From assembly GCA_964016885.1 (NCBI GenBank), contig OZ024754.1:30752001-30816000 (forward strand): 64,000 nucleotides of DNA, written 5' to 3'. Under the pieces are notes generated by a model. It worked only from the letters and a program-made list of their open reading frames with translations, made no database searches and was not told the origin of the DNA. Position numbers and translations under genes: made by a program. The DNA is from Eledone cirrhosa (lineage: Eukaryota). Shown here in pieces: positions 12,127-29,402 of this stretch (positions within the stretch are counted from its first letter, which is position 1; each line of letters opens with the position of its first letter).

Positions 12127-12219
12127 CAACTACATACACATACATTTACCTATAAACACACTTACATATACATATACATTTTTTTCTATAAACACTCATA
12201 CACAAACATGCATTCTTTT

Positions 12220-12845
12220 ACTATAAACACATACTTATATACACACTGTAAACACATGTTCACATACACACTATAAACACATGTTCACATACACACTATA
12301 AACACATGTTCACATACACACTATAAACACATGTTCACAAACAGACTGTAAACACATGTTCACATACACACTATAAATACATACTTACATACACACTATA
12401 AACACATGTTCACATACACACTATAAACACATGTTCACATACACACTATAAACACATACTTACATACACACTATAAACACATGTTCACATACACACTATA
12501 AACACATGTTCACATACACACTATAAACACATGTTCACATACACACTATAAACACATGTTCACAAACACACTGTAAACACATGTTCACATACACACTATA
12601 AACACATACTTACATACACACTATAAACACATGTTCACAAACACACTGTAAACACATGTTCACATACACACTATAAACACATACTTACATACACACTATA
12701 AACACATGTTCACAAACACATTGTAAACACATGTTCACATACACACTATAAACACATGTTCACATACACACTATAAACACATGTTCACATACACACTATA
12801 AACACAAGTTCACATACACACTATAAACACATACTTACATACACA
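12220..12845. repeat. 25-bp minisatellite ctataaacacatgttcacatacaca
   Basis: About 25 copies, period 25. Confidence 0.95.
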
Positions 12846-13179
12846 CGAAAAACACATTATAAATACACACATAAACATATACCCACATACACATTCATCT
12901 ATCTATATACACACACACACATATACATCTGTCTATAAATATACACACACATATATATCTGTCTATAAATATACACACACACACACATATACATCTGTCT
13001 ATAAATACACACACACACATATACATCTATCTATAAAAAACATTTACATACATACATCTATAAACACACCTACATACATATACATCTATCTATATATACA
13101 CACTCACATACATACATCTATAAACATACATTCACATATACACACACTCTCACAAGTACATAGACTGACACATAGAATG

Positions 13180-13520
13180 GGTCTCCGTCAGTTTCGACGA
13201 TGAGTGTTCCATTCGTTTGATCAATGGAATACCCTACACATAAAATCCTCTTGTAGGTGTCTTAGCATTCCACACACACACTTATCTCAACTCTGGGGGA
13301 GAGTCAGCAAGACAGAATGTGTGTAACAAGGCTGGCCCTTTGAATTACAGGTACAGTCATTCTAATGGGCTTCCAAACCCTCTCTGTCTACACAATTTCA
13401 TTCACAAAGCTTGGGTTGACCCTAGACCATGAAAAATAAAATTTTCCCAAGATGCCATACAGTGGGATTGAACCAGGAATCTAATGATTGTAAAGTGAAC
13501 TCCTTAACCATACAGCCATG
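13180..13520 (-). mobile_element. Diverged SINE fragments including a tRNA-like head
   Basis: The minus strand reads tggctgtatggttaagg...ggttcaatccc (A/B boxes) at about 13455-13518. Confidence 0.55.
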
Positions 13521-13639
13521 TTGCATCTACATTTAAACACACAGATGCATACATACATATGTAACAGACACACATATATATGTTGGTACAGCTACACCAA
13601 ATGTCATTCACTTGAAACATTCACACATACATACATATA

Positions 13640-16200
<2,561 letters not shown>

Positions 16201-16307
16201 ATCAATAAAAGAAGTCATTGAACCATTCTCCTTTCATAGTTTGACTTTTGAAAATAGAGGTGTGTATAGCAGTCCAACTACAGCACAATATATATATATA
16301 TATATAT

Positions 16308-16372
<65 letters not shown>

Positions 16373-16429
16373 CACTTACTCAAATTGGCCCAATGGTAAT
16401 TGTAGATTATTGCACTAGTTTATCATAGT

Positions 16430-17224
16430 TATGGTGGTGGTGATGGTTGTGATCTTCGTGGTGATGGTGGTGGTGGTGGTGGCAGTGTTGGTGGTTGTGA
16501 TGTTGGTGGTGGTGGTGGCAGTGTTGGTGGTTGTGATGGTAGTGGTGGTGGTGGTGGTGGTGGCAGTGTTGGTGGTTGTGATGTTGGTGGTGATGGTAGT
16601 GGCTGTGGTGGTGGTGGTGGTGGTGGTGGTGGTTGTGGTGGTGGTGGCGGTGGTGGTGGTTGTGGTGGTGGTGGTGGTGTTTGCAGTGGTGGTGGTTGTG
16701 ATGTTGGTGGTGATGGTAGTGGTTGTGGTGGCGGTGGTGGCGGTGGTGGTTGTGATGTTGGTGGTGGTGGTGGCGGTGGTGGTGGTTGTGATGTTGGTGG
16801 TGATGGCGGTGGTGGTGGTTGTGATGTTGGTGGTGATGGTAGTGGTTGTGGTGGTGGTGGCGGTGGTGGTGGTTGTGATGTTGGTGGTGGTGGTGGTGGT
16901 GGTGGTGGTTGTGATGTTGGTGGTGATGGTTGTGGTGGTGTGTATGGAGGTTAGTGTGATTTCACAGTTGTATATGGAGGCAGCTATGGTGAGGGTTGTT
17001 AAGATTAAGAGTTGTATGTGTGTGTGTGTGTATGTGTGGGTGGGCATGTGTGTGTGTGTGTGTGTATGTGTGGGTGGGCATGTGTGTGTGTGTGTGGGGG
17101 GGGGGGGGGGGCATGTGTGTGTGTGTGTATGTGAAATGTTCCATGCAATGCCAAACCACCATAACGCTAGGTGCAGCAACACCATTCACTACTACTACCA
17201 CCACCACCACTGCTGCTGCTGCTG

Positions 17225-17279
<55 letters not shown>

Positions 17280-17305
17280 TACTACTGCTACTACTACTAC
17301 TACTT

Positions 17306-17352
<47 letters not shown>

Positions 17353-17394
17353 GCTGCTACTGCTACTACTGTTACTACTACTACTGCTACCACC

Positions 17395-17425
<31 letters not shown>

Positions 17426-17984
17426 TTGTACCTCCCACACTTATGTTCTCCAGTGTATTGATTGATTCAGACACTCACATTCTCTTATTTGGCTTCACTT
17501 CCACCATCTCCATCATCACCATCACCACCATCACCATCACCATCACCATCACCATCACCACCATCACCATCATCATCACCATCACCATCATCATCATCAC
17601 CATCATCACCATCATCACCACCATCATCACCATCATCATCACCATCATCACCACCATCATCATCACCATCATCACCATCATCACCACCATCATCACCACC
17701 ATCATCGCCATCATCATCATCGCCATCATCATCATCATTGTCATCATTATCATTGTCATCACCATCATCATCGCCATCATCATCATCATTGTTATCATAA
17801 TCACCATCATCATCATCATCATCATCATCACCACCTTCACCATCATCACCACCTTCATCATCATTGACATAGCCATCATCACCATGACAGTATCATCATC
17901 ATCATCATTATCATTGTCACCCCCACCCTCAACTACTGTCGTAACAGTCTAGGTCAGTAATGTCCCCCAGGGAATTTCTCACCA

Positions 17985-18020
<36 letters not shown>

Positions 18021-19695
18021 TAGTTCTGATGTACCAGTGAAACGATGTAAGGTGTCTGCTTCCCCCCCCCCCCCCGGTGTGATGCCCCAGGGGACCCTTT
18101 CCCATGTAGGTGTGTCCATGTGTCATGTAGCAGTGAAAAGACTAATGGTTCTGTGCAACCACAGGCAGCCAAGTCAACAACAGATTATCAACCAGCTTGG
18201 GAAATGTGTTCAAGTGTTGAAGATTTATAAGCCATTGCCTCCACCATCACCTCCACCTCCACCATCACCTCCACCATCACCTCCACCATCACCTCCACCA
18301 TCACCTCCACCTCCACCATCACCTCCACCATCACCTCCACCTCCACCATCACCTCCACCATCACCTCCACCATCACCTCCACCATCACCTCCACCTCCAC
18401 CATCACCTCCACTATCACCATCACCTCCACCATCACCATCACCACCACCATCACCTCCACCTCCACCATCACCTCCACCATCACCTCCACCATCACCATC
18501 ACCAGCACTATCACCATTACCTCCACCATCACCACCACCATCACCTCCACCATCACCATCACCTCCACCATCACCTCCACCATCACCTCCACCATCACCA
18601 CCACCATCACCTCCACCATCACCTCCACCTCCACCTCCACCATCACCTCCACCATCACCTCCACCTCCACCATCACCTCCACCATCACCTCCACCATCAC
18701 CTCCACCATCACCTCCACCTCCACCTCCACTATCACCATCACCTCCACCATCACCATCACCACCACCATCACCTCCACCTCCACCATCACCATCACCAAC
18801 ACTATCACCATTACCTCCACCATCACCACCACCATCACCTCCACCATCACCATCACCTCCACCATCACATCCACCATCACTTCCACCAACCACTGTCACC
18901 ATCACCACCACTATCGCCATCACCACCACTATCACCACCTCCACCATCACCACCACCATCACCATCACTATCACCATCGCCACCACTATCACCATCACCA
19001 CCACTATCACCACCTCCACCACTATCACCACCACCACCACTATCACCACCACCACCACCATCACCACCCCTACCGCCATCACCACCACCACCATCACCAC
19101 CACCACGACCATCACCACCACTATCGCCATCACCACCACCATCACCACCACTATCGCCATCACCACCACCATCACCACCACTATCACCATCACCACCACC
19201 ACCACCACCACCACCATCACCACCACTATCGCCATCACCACCAACCATCACCATCCACTATCACCATCACCACCACCACCACCACCACCACCACCATCAC
19301 CACCACTATCGCCATCACCACCACCATCACCACCACTATCACCATCATCACCCTCACCACCACTATCACCATCACCACCACCATCACCACCACTATCACC
19401 ATCAGCACCACCATCACCACCACTATCACCATCACCACCACCACCACCACCACCATCACCACCACTATCACCATCAGCACCACCATCATCATCACCATCA
19501 CCACCACTATCACCATCAGCACCACCATCAGCACCACCATCACCACCACTATCACCATCACCACCACCACCACCATCACCACCACTATCACCATCAGCAC
19601 CACCATCATCATCACCATCACCACCACCATCATCATCACCATCACCACCACCATCACCACCACTACCACCATCACCACCACTATCATCATCACCA
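16430..19695. repeat. Cluster of trinucleotide low-complexity tracts (GGT, CTA, CAT, CCA)
   Basis: Tracts at 16430-16940, 17185-17430, 17500-17920 and 18238-19695. Confidence 0.9.
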
Positions 19696-19752
19696 GTAGA
19701 GGTTAAATGGTAGTAAGTTCAAATACAGTCCACAGCTATTACTAGACTAATA

Positions 19753-19868
19753 TGGTGGTGGATTGGTAGTATCGGTAGAGCGTCAGACACCATACTTTGT
19801 GTCATATAGTTACAGCCCTTTACATTCTGAGTTCAAATCCTGCCAAAGTTAGCTTTGCCAGTCATCCT
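19753..19868 (+). mobile_element. 5' half of the tRNA-derived SINE, interrupted by the 39-bp array
   Basis: ggtggtggattggtagtatcggtagagcgtc...gagttcaaatcc...ttgccagtcatcctt. Confidence 0.8.
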
Positions 19869-22800
19869 TAGAGATGACTGAGGAAGGAAGGGGTGTATGT
19901 CACACACTAGAGATGACTGAGGAAGGAAGGGGTGTATGTCACGCACTAGAGATGACTGAGGAAGGAAGGGGTGTATGTCACGCACTAGAGATGACTGAGG
20001 AAGGAAGGGGTGTATGTCACACACTAGAGATGACTGAGGAAGGAAGGGGTGTATGTCACACACTAGAGATGACTGAGGAAGGAAGGGGTGTATGTCACGC
20101 ACTAGAGATGACTGAGGAAGGAAGGGGTGTATGTCACTCACTAGAGATGACTGAGGAAGGAAGGGGTGTATGTCACGCACTAGAGAAGACTGAGGAAGGA
20201 AGGGGTGTATGTCACGCACTAGAGAAGACTGAGGAAGGAAGGGGTGTATGTCACTGACTAGAGATGACTGAGGAAGGAAGGGGTGTATGTCACTCACTAG
20301 AGATGACTGAGGAAGGAAGGGGTGTATGTCACGCACTAGAGAAGACTGAGGAAGGAAGGGGTGTATGTCACTCACTAGAGATGACTGAGGAAGGAAGGGG
20401 TGTATGTCACACACTAGAGATGACTGAGGAAGGAAGGGGTGTATGTCACGCACTAGAGATGACTGAGGAAGGAAGGGGTGTATGTCACTCACTAGAGATG
20501 ACTGAGGAAGGAAGGGGTGTATGTCACGCACTAGAGAAGACTGAGGAAGGAAGGGGTGTATGTCACTCACTAGAGATGACTGAGGAAGGAAGGGGTGTAT
20601 GTCACTCACTAGAGATGACTGAGGAAGGAAGGGGTGTATGTCACGCACTAGAGAAGACTGAGGAAGGAAGGGGTGTATGTCACTCACTAGAGATGACTGA
20701 GGAAGGAAGGGGTGTATGTCACGCACTAGAGAAGACTGAGGAAGGAAGGGGTGTATGTCACTCACTAGAGATGACTGAGGAAGGAAGGGGTGTATGTCAC
20801 GCACTAGAGATGACTGAGGAAGGAAGGGGTGTATGTCACGCACTAGAGAAGACTGAGGAAGGAAGGGGTGTATGTCACACACTAGAGATGACTGAGGAAG
20901 GAAGGGGTGTATGTCACTCACTAGAGATGACTGAGGAAGGAAGGGGTGTATGTCACACACTAGAGATGACTGAGGAAGGAAGGGGTGTATGTCACACACT
21001 AGAGAAGACTGAGGAAGGAAGGGGTGTATGTCACTCACTAGAGATGACTGAGGAAGGAAGGGGTGTATGTCACGCACTAGAGAAGACTGAGGAAGGAAGG
21101 GGTGTATGTCACGCACTAGAGATGACTGAGGAAGGAAGGGGTGTATGTCACGCACTAGAGATGACTGAGGAAGGAAGGGGTGTATGTCACGCACTAGAGA
21201 AGACTGAGGAAGGAAGGGGTGTATGTCATGCACTAGAGATGACTGAGGAAGGAAGGGGTGTATGTCATGCACTAGAGATGACTGAGGAAGGAAGGGGTGT
21301 ATGTCATGCACTAGAGATGACTGAGGAAGGAAGGGGTGTATGTCACGCACTAGAGATGACTGAGGAAGGAAGGGGTGTATGTCATGCACTAGAGATGACT
21401 GAGGAAGGAAGGGGTGTATGTCACACACTAGAGATGACTGAGGAAGGAAGGGGTGTATGTCACACACTAGAGATGACTGAGGAAGGAAGGGGTGTATGTC
21501 ACACACTAGAGATGACTGAGGAAGGAAGGGGTGTATGTCGAGCACTAGAGAAGACTGAGGAAGGAAGGGGTGTATGTCACACACTAGAGATGACTGAGGA
21601 AGGAAGGGGTGTATGTCACGCACTAGAGATGACTGAGGAAGGAAGGGGTGTATGTCACGCACTAGAGATGACTGAGGAAGGAAGGGGTGTATGTCACACA
21701 CTAGAGATGACTGAGGAAGGAAGGGGTGTATGTCGAGCACTAGAGAAGACTGAGGAAGGAAGGGGTGTATGTCACACACTAGAGATGACTGAGGAAGGAA
21801 GGGGTGTATGTCACGCACTAGAGATGACTGAGGAAGGAAGGGGTGTATGTCACGCACTAGAGATGACTGAGGAAGGAAGGGGTGTATGTCACACACTAGA
21901 GATGACTGAGGAAGGAAGGGGTGTATGTCACGCACTAGAGATGACTGAGGAAGGAAGGGGTGTATGTCACACACTAGAGATGACTGAGGAAGGAAGGGGT
22001 GTATGTCACTCACTAGAGATGACTGAGGAATGAAGGGGTGTATGTCACGCACTAGAGATGACTGAGGAAGGAAGGGGTGTATGTCATGCACTAGAGATGA
22101 CTGAGGAAGGAAGGGGTGTATGTCACGCACTAGAGAAGACTGAGGAAGGAAGGGGTGTATGTCACGCACTAGAGATGACTGAGGAAGGAAGGGGTGTATG
22201 TCACGCACTAGAGATGACTGAGGAAGGAAGGGGTGTATGTCACGCACTAGAGATGACTGAGGAAGGAAGGGGTGTATGTCACGCACTAGAGAAGACTGAG
22301 GAAGGAAGGGGTGTATGTCACGCACTAGAGATGACTGAGGAAGGAAGGGGTGTATGTCACGCACTAGAGATGACTGAGGAAGGAAGGGGTGTATGTCACG
22401 CACTAGAGAAGACTGAGGAAGGAAGGGGTGTATGTCATGCACTAGAGATGACTGAGGAAGGAAGGGGTGTATGTCATGCACTAGAGATGACTGAGGAAGG
22501 AAGGGGTGTATGTCATGCACTAGAGATGACTGAGGAAGGAAGGGGTGTATGTCACGCACTAGAGATGACTGAGGAAGGAAGGGGTGTATGTCATGCACTA
22601 GAGATGACTGAGGAAGGAAGGGGTGTATGTCACACACTAGAGATGACTGAGGAAGGAAGGGGTGTATGTCACACACTAGAGATGACTGAGGAAGGAAGGG
22701 GTGTATGTCGAGCACTAGAGAAGACTGAGGAAGGAAGGGGTGTATGTCACGCACTAGAGATCACTGAGGAAGGAAGGGGTGTATGTCACTCACTAGAGAT

Positions 22801-25800
22801 GACTGAGGAAGGAAGGGGTGTATGTCACACACTAGAGATGACTGAGGAAGGAAGGGGTGTATGTCGAGCACTAGAGAAGACTGAGAAAGGAAGGGGTGTA
22901 TGTCACACACTAGAGATGACTGAGGAAGGAAGGGGTGTATGTCACTGACTAGAGATGACTGAGGAAGGAAGGGGTGTATGTCACTCACTAGAGATGACTG
23001 AGGAAGGAAGGGGTGTATGTCGAGCACTAGAGAAGACTGAGGAAGGAAGTGGTGTATGTCACGCACTAGAGATGACTGAGGAAGGAAGGGGTGTATGTCA
23101 CGCACTAGAGAAGACTGAGGAAGGAAGGGGTGTACGTCACTGACTAGAGATGACTGAGGAAGGAAGGGGTGTATGTCACTGACTAGAGATGACTGAGGAA
23201 GGAAGGGGTGTATGTCACTGACTAGAGATGACTGAGGAAGGAAGGGGTGTATGTCACGCACTAGAGATGACTGAGGAAGGAAGGGGTGTATGTCACGCAC
23301 TAGAGATGACTGAGGAAGGAAGGGGTGTATGTCACGCACTAGAGATGACTGAGGAAGGAAGGGGTGTATGTCACTGACTAGAGATGACTGAGGAAGGAAG
23401 GGGTGTATGTCACGCACTAGAGATGACTGAGGAAGGAAGGGGTGTATGTCACGCACTAGAGAAGACTGAGGAAGGAAGGGGTGTATGTCACGCACTAGAG
23501 ATGACTGAGGAAGGAAGGGGTGTATGTCACGCACTAGAGATGACTGAGGAAGGAAGGGGTGTATGTCACGCACTAGAGAAGACTGAGGAAGGAAGGGGTG
23601 TCTGTCACGCACTAGAGATGACTGAGGAAGGAAGGGGTGTATGTCACGCACTAGAGATGACTGAGGAAGGAAGGGGTGTATGTCACGCACTAGAGATGAC
23701 TGAGGAAGGAAGGGGTGTATGTCACGCACTAGAGAAGACTGAGGAAGGAAGGGGTGTATGTCACACACTAGAGATGACTGAGGAAGGAAGGGGTGTATGT
23801 CACACACTAGAGATGACTGAGGAAGGAAGGGGTGTATGTCGAGCACTAGAGAAGACTGAGGAAGGAAGGGGTGTATGTCACACACTAGAGATGACTGAAG
23901 AAGGAAGGGGTGTATGTCACTGACTAGAGATGACTGAGGAAGGAAGGGGTGTATGTCACTCACTAGAGATGACTGAGGAAGGAAGGGGTGTATGTCGAGC
24001 ACTAGAGAAGACTGAGGAAGGAAGGGGTGTATGTCACGCACTAGAGATGACTGAGGAAGGAAGGGGTGTATGTCACGCACTAGAGAAGACTGAGGAAGGA
24101 AGGGGTGTATGTCACTGACTAGAGATGACTGAGGAAGGAAGGGGTGTATGTCACTCACTAGAGATGACTGAGGAAGGAAGGGGTGTATGTCACTGACTAG
24201 AGATGACTGAGGAAGGAAGGGGTGTATGTCACGCACTAGAGATGACTGAGGAAGGAAGGGGTGTATGTCACGCACTAGAGATGACTGAGGAAGGAAGGGG
24301 TGTATGTCACGCACTAGAGATGACTGAGGAAGGAAGGGGTGTATGTCACTGACTAGAGATGACTGAGGAAGGAAGGGGTGTATGTCACGCACTAGAGATG
24401 ACTGAGGAAGGAAGGGGTGTATGTCACGCACTAGAGAAGACTGAGGAGGGAAGGGGTGTATGTCACGCACTAGAGATGACTGAGGAAGGAAGGGGTGTAT
24501 GTCACGCACTAGAGATGACTGAGGAAGGAAGGGGTGTATGTCACGCACTAGAGATGACTGAGGAAGGAAGGGGTGTATGTCACGCACTAGAGAAGACTGA
24601 GGAAGGAAGGGGTGTATGTCACTGACTAGAGATGACTGAGGAAGGAAGGGGTGTATGTCACGCACTAGAGAAGACTGAGGAGGGAAGGGGTGTATGTCAC
24701 GCACTAGAGATGACTGAGGAAGGAAGGGGTGTATGTCACGCACTAGAGATGACTGAGGAAGGAAGGGGTGTATGTCACGCACTAGAGATGACTGAGGAAG
24801 GAAGGGGTGTATGTCACGCACTAGAGATGACTGAGGAAGGAAGGGGTGTATGTCACGCACTAGAGATGACTGAGGAAGGAAGGGGTGTATGTCACGCACT
24901 AGAGATGACTGAGGAAGGAAGGGGTGTATGTCACGCACTAGAGATGACTGAGGAAGGAAGGGGTCTATGTCACGCACTAGAGAAGACTGAGGAAGGAAGG
25001 GGTGTATGTCACGCACTAGAGATGACTGAGGAAGGAAGGGGTGTATGTCACGCACTAGAGATGACTGAGGAAGGAAGGGGTGTATGTCACACACTAGAGA
25101 TGACTGAGGAAGGAAGGGGTCTATGTCACGCACTAAAGAAGACTGAGGAAGGAAGGGGTGTATGTCACGCACTAGAGATGACTGAGGAAGGAAGGGGTGT
25201 ATGTCACGCACTAGAGAAGACTGAGGAAGGAAGGGGTGTATGTCACGCACTAGAGATGACTGAGGAAGGAAGGGGTGTATGTCACGCACTAGAGAAGACT
25301 GAGGAAGGAAGGGGTGTATGTCACGCACTAGAGATGACTGAGGAAGGAAGGGGTGTATGTCACACACTAGAGATGACTGAGGAAGGAAGGGGTGTATGTC
25401 ACTCACTAGAGAAGACTGAGGAAGGAAGGGGTGTATGTCACGCACTAGAGAAGACTGAGGAAGGAAGGGGTGTATGTCACGCACTAGAGATGACTGAGGA
25501 AGGAAGGGGTGTATGTCACGCACTAGAGAAGACTGAGGAAGGAAGGGGTGTATCTCACGCACTAGAGATGACTGAGGAAGGAAGGGGTGTATGTCACTCA
25601 CTAGAGATGACTGAGGAAGGAAGGGGTGTATGTCACTCACTAGAGAAGACTGAGGAAGGATGGGGTGTATGTCACTCACTAGAGAAGACTGAGGAAGGAA
25701 GGGGTGTATGTCACGCACTAGAGATGACTGAGGAAGGAAGGGGTGTATGTCACGCACTAGAGATGACTGAGAAAGGAAGGGGTGTATGTCACTCACTAGA

Positions 25801-28326
25801 GAAGACTGAGGAAGGAAGGGGTGTATGTCACGCACTAGAGATGACTGAGGAAGGAAGGGGTGTATGTCACTCACTAAAGAAGACTGAGGAAGGAAGGGGT
25901 GTATGTCACTCACTAGAGAAGACTGAGGAAGGAAGGGGTGTATGTCACGCACTAGAGATGACTGAGGAAGGAAGGGGTGTATGTCACACACTAGAGATGA
26001 CTGAGGAAGGAAGGGGTGTATGTCACTCACTAGAGAAGACTGAGGAAGGAAGGGGTGTATGTCACGCACTAGAGATGACTGAGGAAGGAAGGGGTGTATG
26101 TCACTCACTAGAGAAGACTGAGGAAGGAAGGGGTGTATGTCACGCACTAGAGATGACTGAGGAAGGAAGGGGTGTATGTCACACACTAGAGATGACTGAG
26201 GAAGGAAGGGGTGTATGTCACACACTAGAGAAGACTGAGGAAGGAAGGGGTGTATGTCACGCACTAGAGATGACTGAGGAAGGAAGGGGTGTATGTCACG
26301 CACTAGAGATGACTGAGGAAGGAAGGGGTGTATGTCACGCACTAGAGAAGACTGAGGAAGGAAGGGGTGTATGTCACGCACTAGAGATGACTGAGGAAGG
26401 AAGGGGTGTATGTCACGCACTAGAGATGACTGAGGAAGGAAGGGGTGTATGTCACTCACTAGAGAAGACTGAGGAAGGAAGGGGTGTATGTCACTCACTA
26501 GAGATGACTGAGGAAGGAAGGGGTGTATGTCACACACTAGAGATGACTGAGGAAGGAAGGGGTGTATGTCACGCACTAGAGATGACTGAGGAAGGAAGGG
26601 GTGTATGTCACTCACTAGAGATGACTGAGGAAGGAAGGGGTGTATGTCACGCACTAGAGAAGACTGAGGAAGGAAGGGGTGTATGTCACTCACTAGAGAA
26701 GACTGAGGAAGGAAGGGGTGTATGTCACGCACTAGAGATGACTGAGGAAGGAAGGGGTGTATGTCACACACTAGAGATGACTGAGGAAGGAAGGGGTGTA
26801 TGTCACGCACTAGAGATGACTGAGGAAGGAAGGGGTGTATGTCACTCACTAGAGATGACTGAGGAAGGAAGGGGTGTATGTCACGCACTAGAGAAGACTG
26901 AGGAAGGAAGGGGTGTATGTCACTCACTAGAGAAGACTGAGGAAGGAAGGGGTGTATGTCACGCACTAGAGAAGACTGAGGAAGGAAGGGGTGTATGTCA
27001 CGCACTAGAGAAGACTGAGGAAGGAAGGGGTGTATGTCACGCACTAGAGATGACTGAGGAAGGAAGGGGTGTATGTCACGCACTAGAGATGACTGAGGAA
27101 GGAAGGGGTGTATGTCACACACTAGAGAAGACTGAGGAAGGAAGGGGTGTATGTCACGCACTAGAGATGACTGAGGAAGGAAGGGGTGTATGTCACACAC
27201 TAGAGAAGACTGAGGAAGGAAGGGGTGTATGTCACGCACTAGAGATGACTGAGGAAGGAAGGGGTGTATGTCACACACTAGAGAAGACTGAGGAAGGAAG
27301 GGGTGTATGTCACGCACTAGAGATGACTGAGGAAGGAAGGGGTGTATGTCACTCACTAGAGAAGACTGAGGAAGGAAGGGGTGTATGTCACACACTAGAG
27401 ATGACTGAGGAAGGAAGGGGTGTATGTCACTCACTAGAGAAGACTGAGGAAGGAAGGGGTGTATGTCACACACTAGAGATGACTGAGGAAGGAAGGGGTG
27501 TATGTCACGCACTAGAGATGACTGAGGAAGGAAGGGGTGTATGTCACTCACTAGAGAAGACTGAGGAAGGAAGGGGTGTATGTCACACACTAGAGATGAC
27601 TGAGGAAGGAAGGGGTGTATGTCACGCACTAGAGATGACTGAGGAAGGAAGGGGTGTATGTCACTCACTAGAGAAGACTGAGGAAGGAAGGGGTGTATGT
27701 CACGCACTAGAGATGACTGAGGAAGGAAGGGGTGTATGTCACTCACTAGAGAAGACTGAGGAAGGAAGGGGTGTATGTCACGCACTAGAGAAGACTGAGG
27801 AAGGAAGGGGTGTATGTCACGCACTAGAGATGACTGAGGAAGGAAGGGGTGTATGTCACTCACTAGAGATGACTGAGGAAGGAAGGGGTGTATGTCACGC
27901 ACTAGAGATGACTGAGGAAGGAAGGGGTGTATGTCACACACTAGAGATGACTGAGGAAGGAAGGGGTGTATGTCACGCACTAGAGATGACTGAGGAAGGA
28001 AGGGGTGTATGTCACACACTAGAGATGACTGAGGAAGGAAGGGGTGTATGTCACGCACTAGAGATGACTGAGGAAGGAAGGGGTGTATGTCACACACTAG
28101 AGATGACTGAGGAAGGAAGGGGTGTATGTCACGCACTAGAGATGACTGAGGAAGGAAGGGGTGTATGTCACACACTAGAGATGACTGAGGAAGGAAGGGG
28201 CGTATGTCACGCACTAGAGATGACTGAGGAAGGAAGGGGTGTATGTCATGCACTAGAGAAGACTGAGGAAGGAAGGGGTGTATGTCACACACTAGAGATG
28301 ACTGAGGAAGGAAGGGGTGTATGTCA
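19869..28326. repeat. 39-bp minisatellite array, ~217 copies (ctagagatgactgaggaaggaaggggtgtatgtcacgca)
   Basis: Strict 39-bp period; variation is limited to a few sites. Confidence 0.97.
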
Positions 28327-28475
28327 AACTACAGAGACCAGCATGTAACATTCACTACACTTGTGTGTACAAGATGTATCTAAATTTGAGCAAATTATTT
28401 TTGTAAGTGTGTCTGTGTTTGCGCATTTATAATTATATACTCATACATGCGTCAGTGTGTTGAAAAATATTCTAG

Positions 28476-28570
28476 TAAAATAAAGTACCAGTAATGTTCT
28501 GGGGCTGATTTAATCAACTTTTCCTTCCCCCAAATTTCTGGTCTTGTGCCTAAGTTAAAAAACATTATTA
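28476..28570 (+). mobile_element. 3' half of the tRNA-derived SINE
   Basis: taaaataaagtaccagtaatg...ggtcttgtgcctaa...attatt. Confidence 0.75.
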
Positions 28571-28580
28571 GACAACAAAA

Positions 28581-28767
28581 GGGCGGTGGATTGGCAGTAT
28601 CAGTAAAGGGTCGGATGCCATGCTTTGACGCATAGAGTTACGCCCCTTTCCATTCCGAGTTCAAATCCCGCCGAGGTTAACTTTGCCTTTCATCCTTACG
28701 GGGTCGATAAAATAAAGCACCAGTAATGCACTGGGTATTTGCTGGCCTTGTGCCAAAAGTAGAAACA
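28581..28767 (+). mobile_element. Full-length tRNA-derived SINE with 17-bp TSD
   Basis: TSD attattagacaacaaaa at 28564-28580 and 28768-28784. Confidence 0.9.
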
Positions 28768-29081
28768 ATTATTAGACAACAAAACTATGTAAAACATTAA
28801 TTGATAACATTGCCATCTCATATCCTTTGTAAAACATCAGATGGATGGTGCCTCTTGTAAAACATCAGATGGATGGTGCCTCATGATCTTAGCAGATAGA
28901 TTTACAAATGTGTTATCCCAAAGGGTTGTGAAGTAGATGTGCTGAAAATTTCAGTTCAACTCACAGGCTTTGTTCTCGTGGATGGCTGTTTACATCTTCC
29001 TGTGTTTCTAAGTAGAATGTTTTATTGTAAATTATCTCTATTCACTTAATAACCGGGAGTATATACAAACAGCTTATGTGG

Positions 29082-29340
29082 AGGCTCATGGCCTAGTGGT
29101 AAGAGTGTTGGACTGACAATCATAATGTTGTGGGTTCGATTCCTGGACTGGATTGTGTGTTGTGTTCTTGAGAAAAACACTTCATTTCACGTTGCTTTAT
29201 ACTCAGCTGAAAATGAGTACTAGCAATAGCTGGGGGTTTAACTCTGCAATGGACTGGTGTCCTGTCCAGGGGAAGTCTTGTACTCTCAGTCATTTAAAGC
29301 CACCTGTCTTATGAGCCCCTGGGCTCGAGGCAGACTTTAA
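29082..29340 (+). mobile_element. CORE-type tRNA-derived SINE
   Basis: A box tggcctagtgg, B box ggttcgattcc, then a gtgttcttgag...acacttcattt...cagctgaaaatgag core-like domain. Confidence 0.75.
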
Positions 29341-29402
29341 TCCTGTGATAGACTGGTGTACTGTCAGACCACACAACAACAGTCTACAGGTCAGGCCACA
29401 AT

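Noticed and set aside
18130-18232. Possible exon in a unique island
   Set aside because: The acceptor is weak, no donor is clear, two frames are equally plausible and I recognise no homology.
17992-19713. Extensin- or mucin-like ORFs (also 33924-35225 and 41567-44672)
   Set aside because: These are translations of (CCA)n-type tracts open in several frames, with no gene structure.
19869-28326. CTGAGGA in each 39-bp unit as a tandem hammerhead or retrozyme
   Set aside because: There is no GAAA box and no stems I-III.
19833-28348. Very long ORFs (up to 1843 aa) over the 39-bp array
   Set aside because: The unit length is a multiple of 3 and frames are open on both strands, with sporadic stops. 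This is a by-product of the repeat and no domain is recognisable.
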